From: Eledone cirrhosa
Taxonomy: Eukaryota
Direction of reading: 5' to 3'
DNA: 64,000 bases
NCBI GenBank assembly: GCA_964016885.1
Contig: OZ024744.1
Location: 136,214,001-136,278,000 of the forward strand
In this document: positions 40,205 to 54,587 of the stretch, piece after piece
How the letters are laid out: each line of letters starts with the position of its first letter
Numbering within the stretch: position 1 is the stretch's first letter
Translations under genes and position numbers: made by a program
Notes under the pieces: model-generated
The model's input: only the letters and a program-made list of their open reading frames with translations
What the model was told of the DNA's origin: nothing
Databases searched by the model: none

Positions 40205-41111
40205 ATATATATACATGCACACACATACATATATATAGATATAGATATATACATACACATACATAGTGGCTGCCAACTCGTTTTCGAGTACAGCCACTAC
40301 TTTATATCCATGTAGGAGAACCCCTACCGATGCGCTGAACGAGTGTGACTTTTTAGTCCAGCCAGCGACTTGAAAACTCTGGTACAAACACTACACTTGT
40401 GACAATTATTGACACATAGTGCTGGGCCCATGGTACCATGTGACGACAAGTGCAGAGAGATCTCCAGATATAAAACAATGCCTGTGCCGTGAAGCTTTTA
40501 TAGTGAGCAAAGGCACTGCACAAAGCCAGTCCCACTCTCTTAACCAAGATGATATTTACCAAAAAGAAGAACAAGTCAACATCATTGGATACCATCAGGG
40601 TTACAGGTGTTATATCAGAGTTTTCCTTCTCCTAGAATTCTGCCTTGACAAAGGCTAAGGGGTCACCTCTCCCGATGATTTTGGATGGCCATTGACTCTT
40701 AAGAGCTCCTTTGCCCTTTGACAGGTTTTGTTTTTAGTCCTGCAGGATGTCCAAAGTCACCCTCCTCACCAAGAAACCTTGGGGTTGCCAGTTTAGTCGC
40801 CAACGACTCGACCATGAGACAGGTTGTACTGGGATACATGTTACCATATACATATATATATGTTACCATATACATATATATATACATACACACACACACA
40901 TATACACACCTACACACCCACATATATATATATACATGCATACACACACACACACACATACATACACACATACATATATACACACACACAAATATACCTA
41001 CATATACATACATGTGTACATATATATATATATACACACATACATACACATATATATACATATATATACATATACATACATACACAAATATATACATATA
41101 TATCTCACTCT

Positions 41112-43053
41112 ATCATCATCATCATTGTTTTACGTCCGTTCTTCCACGCTAGCATGGGTTAGACGGGTTGTCCTGTTGTGGGCAGTGTCTGGTCGGCTGA
41201 CCATGCCTTGCTCATGCAGGAACTGATTTTGGCATGATTTCTACAGCTGGATGCCCTTCCTAACACCAACCTCATTTACAGTGAGTGCTGGGTGCTTTTT
41301 CGTGGCGCCTACACGTCCACTTTACAGTGTGGGCTGGGTGCTTTTTTGCCGTGGCACCTCCACGACCACCTTGCAGTGGGAGGGTGTGGGGGCATATTGT
41401 CTATATGCTTCAGCTTGTACGCATGGGAGGTCGGGTACTCTGTATTACTGCGTGACGCCAGAGGTCACGGTCGTGTGTCATCGCCTTTGAGAGGTCTAAT
41501 TGGGTAAGGTCAGCTTTTATCACCTCATCCCAGGTCATCTTGGGTCTCCCCACTCCGCGGTTTCCATCAACTTCTAGTGCTCTGCACCTTTTTATGCAGC
41601 TGTCATCCTTCATACGCATCACATGTCCATACCAACGCATCCGCCTCTCCTGCACACAGCATTTGATTCCTCTTATCTTATGCTCAGTCTCTCTCTCAAT
41701 TCATTTATGCTTTGTCGTTCGCGTATATTACTGTTACACATCCATCGGAGCATGCAGGCTTCGTTTCTCTCTAATATACGTAAGTCTTCCACCTTCATTG
41801 CCCAGGTCTCACTACCATGTAACATTGCTGTTCGGATACACGCATCATACAGTCTGCCTTTCATTTTGAGGGAGAAGCCTTTTGCAGCTAGCAGTGGTAG
41901 TAGTTCCCTAAACTTCTTCCATCCCGTTCTTACCCTAGTTATTGTACTTTCTGAACACCCACCTCCGCTGCTAATTCGGTCACCTAGGTAGCAGAAGCTG
42001 TCTACTGTTTCTACAGAGCCCTCCCAGAGATTGGTGGTACTTGTTTCCTGTGGCTGTTTGCTGCTTGCTGTCCCAGCACAGCTGCTGCATGTGAAGCCTA
42101 CATTCTTAATTAAGCTTCCTGAGATCCCGCTACATCTCTTGTGTACCCATTGTTTGCATTTGGGACAGAGAATGGAGTTCCTACCTATACCTTTCCTACA
42201 TACTGAGCAAGGCCATTTCCCTGACGGGATCTGGGTTCTGTTTTCTTGTCTACTTACAAGGACCTTAGTCTTTGTCATGTTGACTTTGAGATCCTTTCTT
42301 TCTAGTCTCTGCTTCCAAGTTTGGAATTTATTCTCTAGTTCTACCATAGATTCAGCTATAAGTGTGAGGTCATCCGCATACAGGAGTTCCCATGGGCATC
42401 CGGTCTTAAACTCCTCCGTTATTGCCTGCAGGACTATGATGAACAGGAGAGGGCTAAGAACAGAGCCCTGGTGGACCCCAACCTGTACGCTAAATCCCTC
42501 GCTATACTCATTGCTAATCCTAACTTTGCTGACTGCTCCCCTATACATGGCTTGTACAGCTTCCACAAGCCATTCATCTACTAGTTTTCTAAGAGCCCAC
42601 CAGATTACAGCACGTGGAACTCTGTCAAAGGCTTTCTCGAGATGGACGAATGCCAGGTAGAGTGGCTTACTTTTAGCTAGGTACTTTTCCTGTAACTGCC
42701 TCACAATGAAGAGGGCATCAGTGGTGCCTCTTCCTGGTACAAACCCAAATTGCATCTCATCTAGTTTCACCCGGTCCCTAATCAACTGTGCTATAACTCT
42801 TTCTGTTACTTTCATGACCTGGTCCATCAGCTTTATACCTCTATAGTTTCCTCTATCTTGTACATCACCTTTACCTTTGTAGGGTCTCTTCTTCCCATGC
42901 ATTCTCCTCATTTAGTAATCTATCATAATGACTCTTCCATGCATCTTTCTTCTCAGCACTTGTGAGGGCAAGCTCACCTTTATCATTCCGGATACACTTC
43001 TCTCCAATGACATCACAATTCTCTCTGACACACTGCCTCGCAATCTTGAACAC
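41112..43053 (-). mobile_element. 5'-truncated RTE LINE (second subfamily of the PHD-bearing family)
   Basis: ORF 41673-42911: NYRGIKL, QFGF, LEKAFD, LYADD, CSVC..CPKC..H..C..CSSC; tail at 41112. Confidence 0.92.
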
Positions 43054-43139
43054 CTATATATATATACATATACATATACATACATATAAATATATATATA
43101 CATATATATACATATATATATACACATATATATATATGC

Positions 43140-45135
43140 ACCTGTCCAGGTCCCAGATTGATTTCCTTCTGGTGAGGAAAAAGTGGCGGAATAGTGTTCT
43201 GAACACAGAACCATACAACTATTTCAGTACACTGGGTAGTGACCACCGGCTTGTTATGAGTGAGGTCCGGGTGAGCTTAAGAAAGAGCAAAGCTCAGCCC
43301 CGGAGAGCAATCTATGACTGGGGAGCTTTCAAGGAAGATGATAAGCTACAGGAGAGGTTCACAGTGGAAGTGAGAAACAGGTTCAGTGCTCTGTGTGGAG
43401 AGGCAGAGGAGAGAGAGATTGGATGGACTGAGGAGAGTGTGACGAGCAGGTACGGGCACTTCACCAATGCAGTGGCGGAAGCAAGTGAAACCCTGGTGCC
43501 GAGGAAAAAGAACAAAAGGAAGCACGTCAGCTCTGCAAACCCAAAAGTGTGTGCAGCCAGAGAACACCTGAAAGCTGCCAGGGACCAATTCTATGCTGAT
43601 CCTACGGAGGAGAGGATGGAGACTGTGGAGGTGATGAGGGAAGAACTCTGTACCGCTTACACTGAGGCCAGAGAGGAGGCACTGATAGAGAAGATCAGAG
43701 GTGTGGAGAGAGCGGTTGACAGGTCTGGATGTAAGGAGAGCTGGATGATCATCAACGAGATCACAGGGAAGAGAAGGTGTTCGAGTCAGATCCAGGGAAC
43801 GGGGCCCGAGGGTAGGAAGAGGAAATGGCTAGACCATTTTAGGACCCTACTAGGAGAGCCACCCTCCACAGCCCAGAGCACTGGGGAGATCAGGCGGCTG
43901 TTTGAGGAACTGGATGTTGAGACAGCCCTTCACCAGAGAGGAGCTTCAGAGAGTCAAGAAGAGGATCAAGGAGGGCAAGGCTCATGGAGAAGATGGAGTG
44001 GCATCAGAGGTGTGATTTTGGTGATATCATCCTGGGGTTCTGTAATGGGGCACTGGAGAAAGGAGTTGCCCCAAATCAGTGGAGGATCAGTAACATCGTC
44101 CCAGTGCCAAAGAAGGGAGATCTCTCTAACACCAACAACTTCAGAGGGATCTCACTGACGTCACTTGTGGCAAAGACCCTCAACAGGATGATTCTTAACA
44201 GGATCCAGCCTGAGATGGAGAAGAAGCTCAGGGACAACCAGAACGGCTTCAGAGAGGGAAGATCAACCACCAGTCACATCCTGATGCTGAGGAGGATATT
44301 AGAGGGAGCAAAGTGCCTTCCTGCGGTCATGGTTTTCATTGACTTTGGGAAGGCCTTTGATTCTGTGGACCGTCGCTGCCTGAAGAAGATCTTACAGGCT
44401 TATGGAATCCCCAAGAAGATAGTGGACCTGATATCACTGCTCTACACCAACACCAAGACCCAAGTCATTACACCTGATGGGATGATAGAGTTCTTTGAGA
44501 TACTGGCTGGAGTGCTCTAGGGAGATACATTGGCTTCCTACCTTTTTATCATCGTAGTGGACTACTGTATGCGCCTTGCACTGGAGAAACACCAGGACTC
44601 TGGCTTTACTGTAGCACCGGCTCAGAGCAGGAGAGTTAAGGCGAAAAAGGTATCGGATGCTGAATTTGCCGACGACATAGTTTTGGTGACAAATACAGTG
44701 AAGGAGGCAGAGGATTTGATGCGGGAGGTTGAGACTGTGTCAAATGAGTGTGGGGCTGAGAATGAATGAGACTAAAACAAAATATCTGGTAGAGAATGTT
44801 GAGAAGCCAGAGGGGATCACTAATGTAGGCGGGAAGCCACTAGAATTAGTTGAGGACTTACTGTATTTGGGAGCAAAGATTGGGAATACAGAAGATGATG
44901 TGGTTGAGAGGAAGAGCAAAGCCTGGGCGGCGTGCCACAGCTTGAGATCGGTGTGGAAGTCGGACCTTCGTAAAGACCTGAAAATCCGCTTCTTCATTGC
45001 TGTAGTGGAGTCTGTGCTGCTGTATGGGTCTGAGACTTGGACACTGACCAAGAAACTCACTCAGATGGTGGATGGGTGCTACACGAGAATGCTGAGGATG
45101 GCTCTGAACATTAATCAGTATACACTGAGGAGGAA
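43140..45135 (+). mobile_element. Degraded RTE-like LINE of a different family (no PHD insert)
   Basis: SQIDFLL/GSDHRL (end of APE), NFRGISL, QNGFR, FIDFGKAFDSV, GVL*GDTLAS, FADD, YLG, LLYGSETW, spread over frameshifted ORFs. Confidence 0.85.
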
Positions 45136-45193
45136 AAGTTCAGACCTGTGTATGTGTGTATATATATATATACACACATACACAGGTCTGGAT

Positions 45194-45544
45194 GGAGGCA
45201 CATGGCTTAGTGGTTAGAGCATTGGCCTTGCAATCGAAAGGTTGTGAGTTCAATTCTCAGACCGGGTGATGTGTTGTTTCCTTGAGCAAGACACTTTATT
45301 TCACATTGCTCCAGTTTACTCAGCTGTAGAAATGAGATGATAGGGACTGGGGTCCCTATCATTCCACTGCAAAGTGGTCGTGGAGGTGCCACGGCAAAAA
45401 AGCACCCAGCACTCACTGTAAATGAGGTTGGTGTTAGGAAGGGCATCCAGCTGTAGAAATCAAGCCAGAGTCAGTTCCCGTCCCACCCTTGCAAGCAGGG
45501 AAAAAGCGGACATAAAATGAAATGATGATGATGATGATGATGAT
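45194..45544 (+). mobile_element. CORE-SINE with RTE tail, copy 2
   Basis: Near-identical to 39866-40204. Confidence 0.87.
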
Positions 45545-45603
45545 ATATATACACACACATACACAAATATATATAAAAAATATATACATGCATATATATA
45601 CAT

Positions 45604-45641
<38 letters not shown>

Positions 45642-45670
45642 TATATATACATACACATATATATATACAT

Positions 45671-45719
<49 letters not shown>

Positions 45720-45751
45720 TATATATATGTATATGCATATATATATATATA

Positions 45752-46787
45752 TCTGTTAGAACACGAAAAGTGTGAAACAACAGAATGTTCACTTTTCGTG
45801 TTCTAACATATATGCCTAGCTTCTTCATAAATTTTCCGGGGATAGCCGTGGTGGTGGTGATCGTATGTCATTGGCTAATTTTCAACCAATCAGAGTAAGT
45901 GTTGATATATATATATATCATCATCATCATCATCATCAACGTTTAACGTCCGTGTTCCACGCTTGCATGGGTTTGGACGGGGGTAGTCCCACACACACTA
46001 TTCCCCCTCTCTCTATATATATCTTACGCTTTCGCTTTACACTCCTCCCCTTCAATAACACATTTCCCCCTCTCTCTATATCTCTTCCACTGTTACTTAC
46101 GCCTGTTTCTCTCTATCTGTTCCGTCTCTATATATATATCTCTCTTACTCTTTCGCTTTGCACTCCTCCCCTTCAATACCATCTCTCCCCCTCTCTATAT
46201 ATTTGTTACTCTATCGCTGCACGCTCCTCTCCTTCAATATATCAATTACACACGCTTTACACTCCTTTATCCCCAGCGCCCCTATATATACACCCCCCTC
46301 CCACATCTATATTTTAATGTTCCGTTGCACCGTGAATATATGTGTCTATATATATATACATATATATTGTATATATACATTCATGTATGTGTATACACAC
46401 TCATGTATGTATATACACTGGTTTTATGTGTGTATTGTAAATTTTATACTGTTAAAACACGAAACTAACATTCGATTGACACTTTGATTACCTGTACAGG
46501 CAATAGTTATTAGAATGCTGTTGAAGTGTGTATATATTTTTGGTGAATCCGCGATAGTTGAACCGCCAAGTAGCGAGGTATCACTGTATATATGTTTAAA
46601 TATATAGTGTAGCTGTGAAAACTGACTTTAAACGTGTTTCGGTTTACGAGCGCCGCGCCGGAACGAATTAAACTCGTAAACCGAGGTGCCACAGTATATA
46701 TATATATATATAAAATAAAAGAATTTATTCAGTTTTGGGACAATATAATTTTGACTGATAACAAATGTGAAATTCTTAACTAGCATC

Positions 46788-46833
<46 letters not shown>

Positions 46834-47630
46834 TATGAAACTTCTAGGTATGTCACGATGTATCTAACATTACGTTGACACTTTCCCCCTCTCTATATAT
46901 CTCTTATACTGTTACACTTATATTTCCATTTATTTATTCCCCCCTCTCTCTATATCTCTTTCACTGTTACTTACGCCTGTTTCTCTCTATCTGTTCCGTC
47001 TCTATATATATCTCTCTTACTCTTTCGCTTTGCACTCCTCCCCTTCAATACCATCTCTCCCCCTCTCTATATATTTGTTACTCTATCGCTGCACGCTCCT
47101 CTCCTTCAATATATCAATTACACACTTACGCTTTACACTCCTTTATCCCCAGCGCCCCTATATATACCCCCCCCCCCCCCCGCATCTATATTTTAATGTT
47201 CCGTTGCACCGTGAATATATGTGTCTATATATATATATACATATATATTGTATATACACATTCATGTATGTGTATACACACTCATGTATGTATATACACT
47301 GGTTTTATGTGTGTATTGTAAATTTGTACTGTTAAAACACGAAACTAACATTCGATTGACACTTTGATTACCTGTACAGGCAATAGTTATTAGAATGCTT
47401 TTGAAGTGTGTATATATTTTTGGGGGACATCCTGTATATACACACATTATATATAATACAATAAACAGATAAATACACACATATATATATGAGCTTATTT
47501 AATTATAAATATTGTGAATTTTTAACTCAGTTCAATTATATATATAAATGGCTTCTACAGGACTAGAACTGTTTCATTCGAAAGAAATCATCATAATATT
47601 GAGAGGGGGGACTAGATAAAATATTTCAAA
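45752..47630 (+). repeat. Two further partial direct copies of cassette C (45752-46540, 46940-47630)
   Basis: Shared sequence and ORFs with 25508-26440. Confidence 0.85.
46545..46697. mobile_element. Two pogo/Tigger-like (Tc1-mariner) terminal remnants
   Basis: Ends ...gcgaggtatcactg|TA and ...aaaccgaggtgccacag|TA resemble CAGTG-type TIRs at TA sites. Confidence 0.45.
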
Positions 47631-48109
47631 GTAATTATTAACTATTATATATTAAATTACAAGATTTATTTATATAACATGCTTATAATATTGGTTGTAT
47701 CATATTTACTTGTATATTTGTCTATATTGTTTGTTTTGTGTTAAATTATTTTATTATTATTATGTTGGATTATTTTTTTTATTATTATGTTAAACTATTT
47801 GTATGTAATATTTAATTTTTTTATTAATTCAACTATAATAATCGACATATGAAATTTAAATCAACAATAGGAGAAAAAAAAATATCTTATTGCACAAACA
47901 ATAATTCTGCACAAATGTTGCTCCATTATTAGATCTAATGTTGCAACGATACAGTTAAATGTTGTCTGTGTATTTTAAAAAAGATTTGCTTATAATCTTT
48001 TCAAATTTCATTACGCCAATGATTCAAGCTCAAATTGACATTATCTAAAAAATTGTACAAACAGCGGTGGATTAGCAGTAGTGAACAGATAAATCAGTCA
48101 ATTTATAAA

Positions 48110-48772
48110 GATTGACTTGGCATCAATCAGCAAGACCTTCATTAGCTGCTCTCCAGCCATCTATTTAAAGCTGTATACATCTATGGTACGAATACACTTG
48201 GAGTTCGCGTCATCAGTCTGGAACCCCTATCTTGCTCAGAACATTGACCTCCTGGAAACTGTTCAGAGACATGCAACCAAGCGCATACCCTCCATCAGAC
48301 ACCTACCATACCCTGAATATTTTGCTTCCCTCTGGCAATGGACTTGGTAAACACCCACAAAGTTATTAACCATCCGACCAACAACAACAACCCCGAACAC
48401 CTTTTTGATCTCCATGTGTCTAACACGTGGACATGCCTACAAAGTCAGAAAACAACACAGCTCCCATGACTTTAGGAAATATTTCTTCATGCTCAGAGTT
48501 GCTGAAGGATGGAACAAACTTCCTGCATCAGTTGTTAGCTGATGACACACTGCATCCTTTAAAACCATCATACATTCCGAAATACACCAAAACTACACCT
48601 GATGTCCCCCTTCCATACACATGCACATATGTGTATATCATGACTCATGCACTGTTCTTTTTTCCTGACGTTTTTATATTTCCCTATGTATTATATATGC
48701 ACTTTTGATGAGTTGTAGTGCACCTCAGCATTGTACACAATATTTTCATTATTATTATCATTATTATTATTA
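48110..48772 (+). mobile_element. CR1-clade LINE 3' fragment
   Basis: LYTSMVRIHLEFASSVWNPY...LETVQRHATK, then (frameshifted) RGHAYK...FF.LRV..WNKLP; (ATT)n tail. Confidence 0.85.
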
Positions 48773-48924
48773 CACTCATTGATCCATTTTGCACTAACTC
48801 TGCATCAAGCACCCTCACCTAAATATTAACCAATCAAGGATCCAATACAGCTATCTGTTGGATGAGTATTGTATAGTGCCAAAAACGAAACCAATCAGTT
48901 TAGCAGAAAGTTTCCAGACAAGAA

Positions 48925-49964
48925 ACACGCATATTTTGCTATCCTCAAACACGTTTACACATGGCATGAAATATAACTAATCCGAGATGGTTAGGTTTCA
49001 TCTTCTAATTGGATATACGAAATCCATTATGTCTTGACAACAACATGAGGTAACATTATGTTATTCACAGACACACTTTGTACACTGTTCCATATCAGAA
49101 TGTATTTCCTTCGTCACATTCACAAACAGTATTGAAAATATGTTCTTCGGCAAATAAAAATGTTTTGTTCATAATATTTCAACTAGCGATTGCTCTACTC
49201 CACGCACGACCACCATAAATTAATGACCAGCTCAACACAAGTATTGGTAGAGCGTCAGACACCATGCTTTGCAGTATTGTTATGGTCCGTTGCATTCTAA
49301 GTTCAAATCCTGCCGAGGTTAACTTCGACTTTCATACTTACTAATTCGATAAAATAAAGTACCAGTAATGGACTGCCGTAATGGATTTGTGCCGAAAAAT
49401 AGAAACACTATTAATGTGCAATAAGAGCAGAATATAACGACATTGCTCAATTATTTTATCTAATGTTGTAATAACACAAGGAAATGTTGTTTGTGTATTT
49501 TTTTTTATATTTGCTCATAGGCTTTTACAATTTCGCTCAGCCAACAACTATTAAAAAGTGAGTTGCTTAAGATAACAATTTAATCACAAATTGTTGCTAT
49601 CTTTTAATACACTCCAACAAGTCATCAAATTATGTACAATAAAAACAAATCTTATTAATTTGCTCAGGGAATATAAAGAAAATGTATATACACTGATAAT
49701 TGCAATTGTATGTAAATATTTTGTTTTTGTATTGTTTATTTTATGTTTTCTATTATGTATAATATATTGATTTAATATTGATTGTTTTTTGTAGTTGTTT
49801 ATATTAAAAGTCTGAAAATATTTTTATACATCTTACACTAATATTTATAAGATAATTTATAATAACAATTACATAATCTAATTACATTACAACGATAATT
49901 TATTATTAATATATATCCTCTTTAACTAGAGTTATTACAAGCGTTGCCTTAAAAAAATATTAAA
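48925..49964 (-). repeat. Inverted copy of 27592-28628
   Basis: Reverse-complement identity with few substitutions. Confidence 0.9.
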
Positions 49965-50918
49965 CTAGACATGAAAAATGCACAAGCTCAAAGTGCCACA
50001 GAATGTTATAATAAACCTTCAAAAGTGTGGGACTAGAGTTGTTGCTAAAAAATATTGTAATCATTATATATCGTACATTCTGTGGCATCCTTTATAAAAA
50101 TAGCTTAAACCAACGAAGCCTTTATTTTTACGCTATTTCACTTAGTTAATTCTTAGAGTGTAACATATAAAAATATGATTTACAACTATAAAATAAATTA
50201 ATTAATATAATAACAGAGCTGCGGAGCTGAAATTTAGGAAATAATGGAGTATCGGATCCTGAGTTGGAGCCAGTCAATTTTTGGCCGACTCCGCAGCCCT
50301 GTATAATACATTTCATATTAAAGTTATTAATAAACCTATTTTACACTGCATGCAAATTACCATGAGATATTGATATTAGATATAAGATACAGCGCAATAT
50401 CTACAGCTGTAAAAGTACGAAAGCGAAGTAATAATAAGTGGCTTAAGGTAATTCCAATATGAAAGTTTGTAGTGATAAAAATTTGATAATGCAATACGAT
50501 TGTTAATATTATAGTTCTATGAAAATGTAACAATAGATAACTAAATTATTTTACTATTAGTATATTTAAGAAATTATCATTATAGATTTGATCGTTCATA
50601 TAAGCATCATATTAATTTTCAACACAATTAGTTTGTTACTATGAGTATATGATAATAATATTACGTAATTATTTATAGCTGTTATTACATTAAACATAGA
50701 TGTATTTATTTTTATATGTTACACTCTAAGAATTAACTAAGTGAAATAGCGTAAAAATAAAGGCTTCGTTGGTTTAAGCTATTTTTATAAAGGATGCCAC
50801 AGAATGTACGATATATAATGATTACAATATTTTTTAGCAACAACTCTAGTCCCACACTTTTGAAGGTTTATTATAACATTCTGTGGCACTTTTGAGCTTG
50901 TGCATTTTTCATGTCTAG
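49965..50918 (+). mobile_element. Long-TIR MITE copy 3
   Basis: Same ~210-bp TIRs and interior as copies 1 and 2. Confidence 0.88.
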
Positions 50919-51246
50919 TATATATATATATGCATATATATATATAAAAAAACATGGGAAGAAAGAGGAAAACTGCGTGGTTGCACATGGGTTACATATT
51001 ATAAAATTAGTCCCTCATCAGTGATTTGCCAACCATCATTGGTATTTCATCGCATTAAAAATCATATACCTCAGGTTGGTGCGAGCAATAACTAAAATAA
51101 GCTATTGGGACAAGTGAATCGCGTAAAGCGAGTGAGACAAGTAAACATAGAAGGAAAAGCAAACCGAAGGTAGGAAAAAAGCAAGCAACGTGATGGTTAT
51201 CCGATCAGCATAAGCTGGGTGATATATATATATATATATATATCTA

Positions 51247-53999
51247 CTAGCAGAAGTACCCGGCGTTGCCCGGGTGTAAGTCGATCTTTGGTCTGTTAGA
51301 ATGTGTGAAAGTTACTTCCCGCGCATCACAGGTTCAAAACTTCGAACGTCAATGGAAAAAAATAGGTTAGTAGACACAGGTGTGTAATTTATTAATTGTA
51401 GTTACACAGTGTATCGTTGAAATTGTTCTCTGCACGACTGACGGAAGTCAAAATCGCTTGCTATTGAATGTTCAGTTAATTTAAAGCAGGGTGAAAATGT
51501 CGATTACTTTCAGGGTTTTTTTTTTTTACAATTTTTGCGCTCACATGTGCAGAAGAAGAATTAAAAGGGCCTTTATCTTAACCGCGGCATAATGGCGAGT
51601 CTTTTGTGAGTTTTCAAGAATATAGGACGTTCCTGTAAAAAGTTTTCCCATGTGTAACTTTGCCTTGTTTTTTTGCGCAAAGTCGAGACCCGCTTCAGTT
51701 TTATTGATTTTTTTTTTTACATCAATGCGTGATCTCTGAAGTAGATTTGAGTAGCTAAAAACCTGTCCTGGTAAATTGGCTATAGGTGAAAAAAAGTTGA
51801 TCAAAATTGTATCTAGGGTTATTGCCCTTTGCCACAGCCTCAAGCCTCGTCTGACGGGATGTTGGTGATTCCTCCGTCAGCGCTTGTTGGCGACGAAGGC
51901 GAACATCAGCAAACCTTGTCGTACGTGATGCTGGTGACTCAACCAGCCGGGAAAGACGTCTATCAGCGAGTTGAGATCCGCGCTCAGCACAACTTGTTCA
52001 ACGTATTATTTAGAAATTTTTTTTTCAAAAAGCATGATTATTTAAGACTGTTTGAAAATTTACTCACAGCTTTTAGGTTCACAAAAGACACCATTAAATT
52101 TGGTTCCCTTTTCAGATAGGGATAATACTATATTTCCACTTGAATAAGGTGGAATATCATCATCATCATCATCATCATCATCAACGTCCGTGTTCCACGC
52201 TTGCATGGGTTTGGATGGGGGTAATCCCACTTGAGGCAAGAGTGATTGTCTTGCTCGCATAGGACTGTCTGGCAGGTTTTCTACAGTTGGATGCCCTTCC
52301 TAACACCAACCACATTTACAGTGTGGGTCTGGGAGGTTTTTACTGTGTTGCCTACACGGCCACATTACAGCGTGGACTGTGTGTTTTTTTGTCGTGACAC
52401 CTACACGATCTCATTTGCTTCGGCCTGGATGGCGCGGCACCAACATAACTTTACATAGAACGGGGTGGTGTGGATGGGGTGGGGGTGGTGGTGGTGGGAC
52501 GGGGTGTATTTTGTTAGAGATGCCTACTGGCTGGAGTAGGTTTTACTATATATTTAGGTAAGGCGGGTCTTCTCTGTTACTGAGTACCGCCAAAGGTCTC
52601 GGTCCAGTGACATTGTCTTGGAGAGGTGTAAGTGTGTGATGTCGGAGTTTATCAGCTCGTCCCAGGTTTTTCTAGGTCTGCCTATTCCGTGACTACCGTC
52701 TATCTTTATTGCCCTGCACTTTGTTATACAGCTATCGACTTTCATGCGCATCACGTGTCCATACCAACGTAGCCTTCTCTCGAGTAAACAACATCTGATC
52801 CCTCTTATCTCTAATTTTTTCCTTAGTTCGTTTATGCTTTGCCGTTCACGTATATTACTGTTACACATCCAGCGGAGCATGCAAGCTTCGTTCCTCTCTA
52901 GTCTGCGTATATCCTCTGCACACAATGCCCAGGTCTCACTGCCATGCAACATTGCTGTTCGTATGCAGGCATCGTACAACCTGCCTTTCATTTTTAGGGA
53001 GAACCCTTTAGCAGCTAATAGTGGTATAAGCTCTCTGAACTTTTTCCAACCAGTTCTGACTCTAGCTACAGTACTTTCAGAGCACCCTCCCCCACTGCTG
53101 ATTTTATCGCCCAGGTAACGGAAGCTGTCCACTATTTCTATAGAACCCTCTGCGCAATTGAAAGAGCTAGTATTTTGTGGACACTTGCTGCTACTTATTG
53201 CACCAGAACACCGGCCACATGTAAAATCTATGTTCTTAGTTAGCTTACCTGTGATCCCACTACATCTTTTATGCACCCATACTTTGCATTTAGGACATAA
53301 AATGGAGTTTCTACCTACGCCTTTCCTACACACCGAGCACGACCATTTCCCAGAAGGGACCGCCGCCTTGTTTTCTTTCCTACAAACTAGAACTTTGGTC
53401 TTAGCCAGGTTAATTTTAAGTCCTTTTGACTCTAGGCCGTGCTTCCATGTTTGGAATTTCTTCTCTAGCTCGGCCATTGATTCCGCTATGAGTGTCAGGT
53501 CGTCTGCGTATAGGAGTTCCCATGGGCAGCCTGTCTTGAACTCCTCTGTTATAGCCTGAAGGGCAATAATAAATAGTAGGGGGCTGAGAACAGAGCCCTG
53601 ATGGACGCCAACTTTTACGCTAAACTCTTCACTATATTCGTTGTTAATTCTAACCTTGCTGACTGTTTGAAAAGATAAACTCTTTAATGGTCGGTAGTTT
53701 ACTGAGACAGCTGGGAAGACATGCAGCTGGCCGTCCAATCAATAACGCACGTCCTTATATGGGCATATGAAATTTATTTTTATTGCGCCAGATGTAAACT
53801 AAGAGTTCTTGTGTTCGAATTCACATAAAATTTCATTGGAATCGAAAAATATTGTCATAGGGCCCGATTATCGATTTTTCGAAAATTTCAAGTAGCCTAT
53901 TCCACTCTACGCGTTGAGGTTTCATGAAAATTGGATGAACGGTGTAGCAAGCAAGTTCGGTACACTAAACAATGTCCATCTTGCCTTTATATATATAGA
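51247..53999 (-). mobile_element. Probable non-autonomous Helitron interrupted by an RTE
   Basis: Minus strand 5' A|TCTATATATATAAAGG at 53999; 3' hairpin CCCGG-GCAACG-CCGGG then CTAG|T at 51247. Pairing the two ends into one element is inference. Confidence 0.6.
52157..53668 (-). mobile_element. 5'-truncated young RTE LINE
   Basis: Uninterrupted ORF from TVSKVRINN through LYADD and the PHD-like finger to the stop at 52554; 3' UTR and (GAT)n tail. Confidence 0.93.
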
Positions 54000-54587
54000 T
54001 ATATATACATATATATACACACATGCACACATACACATCCATACATACAATACAATAAATATATATATATATACACACATACACACAAACATATTCACGT
54101 ACATTGACCCGCTTACACGCACACACATAAAAATAAGAATGTAAGAAACATAGATATAAAAACACAGATATAAAAACACACATACATACACATATATATA
54201 CACGCACTCACACGCGCATACGGAGGCGTTGGTGTATATATACAGGACGTATACACACATAACGACGTTCAGACACATAGATTCAGGGTGTAACCATATG
54301 AATAATTGAGTACAAATATAAAAATATAAAAAATGGCTGCGAAATAACAGAAAATATCTGGAGTGGAAAACGCAAGTGACTGGTGTAATCAGGTAGTAAA
54401 GATAATAGGGAAGTAAAAAGTGGAAAGTGAAGATATTAGGTAAGTGAATCGAAGGATAAAAGGGGGGGGGGGGAGTACTGGTGGATGTGAAATAAAAATA
54501 AAATTAAAATTAATAATAAGGTTAAAAATGAAAGTAAATCAGAAAGAGTAGTCTTTAAAGAGAATAATTTAAGTGAAGAATAAGAGC

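Noticed and set aside
40260-40840. Segment resembling an RTE-type 5' UTR or another repeat
   Set aside because: Only a remembered resemblance; no second copy or protein motif in the window supports a call.
40699-41226. Tyr/Ile/His/Thr-rich ORFs (also 45434-45828, 53914-54278)
   Set aside because: Translations of (TA)n/(CA)n microsatellites.
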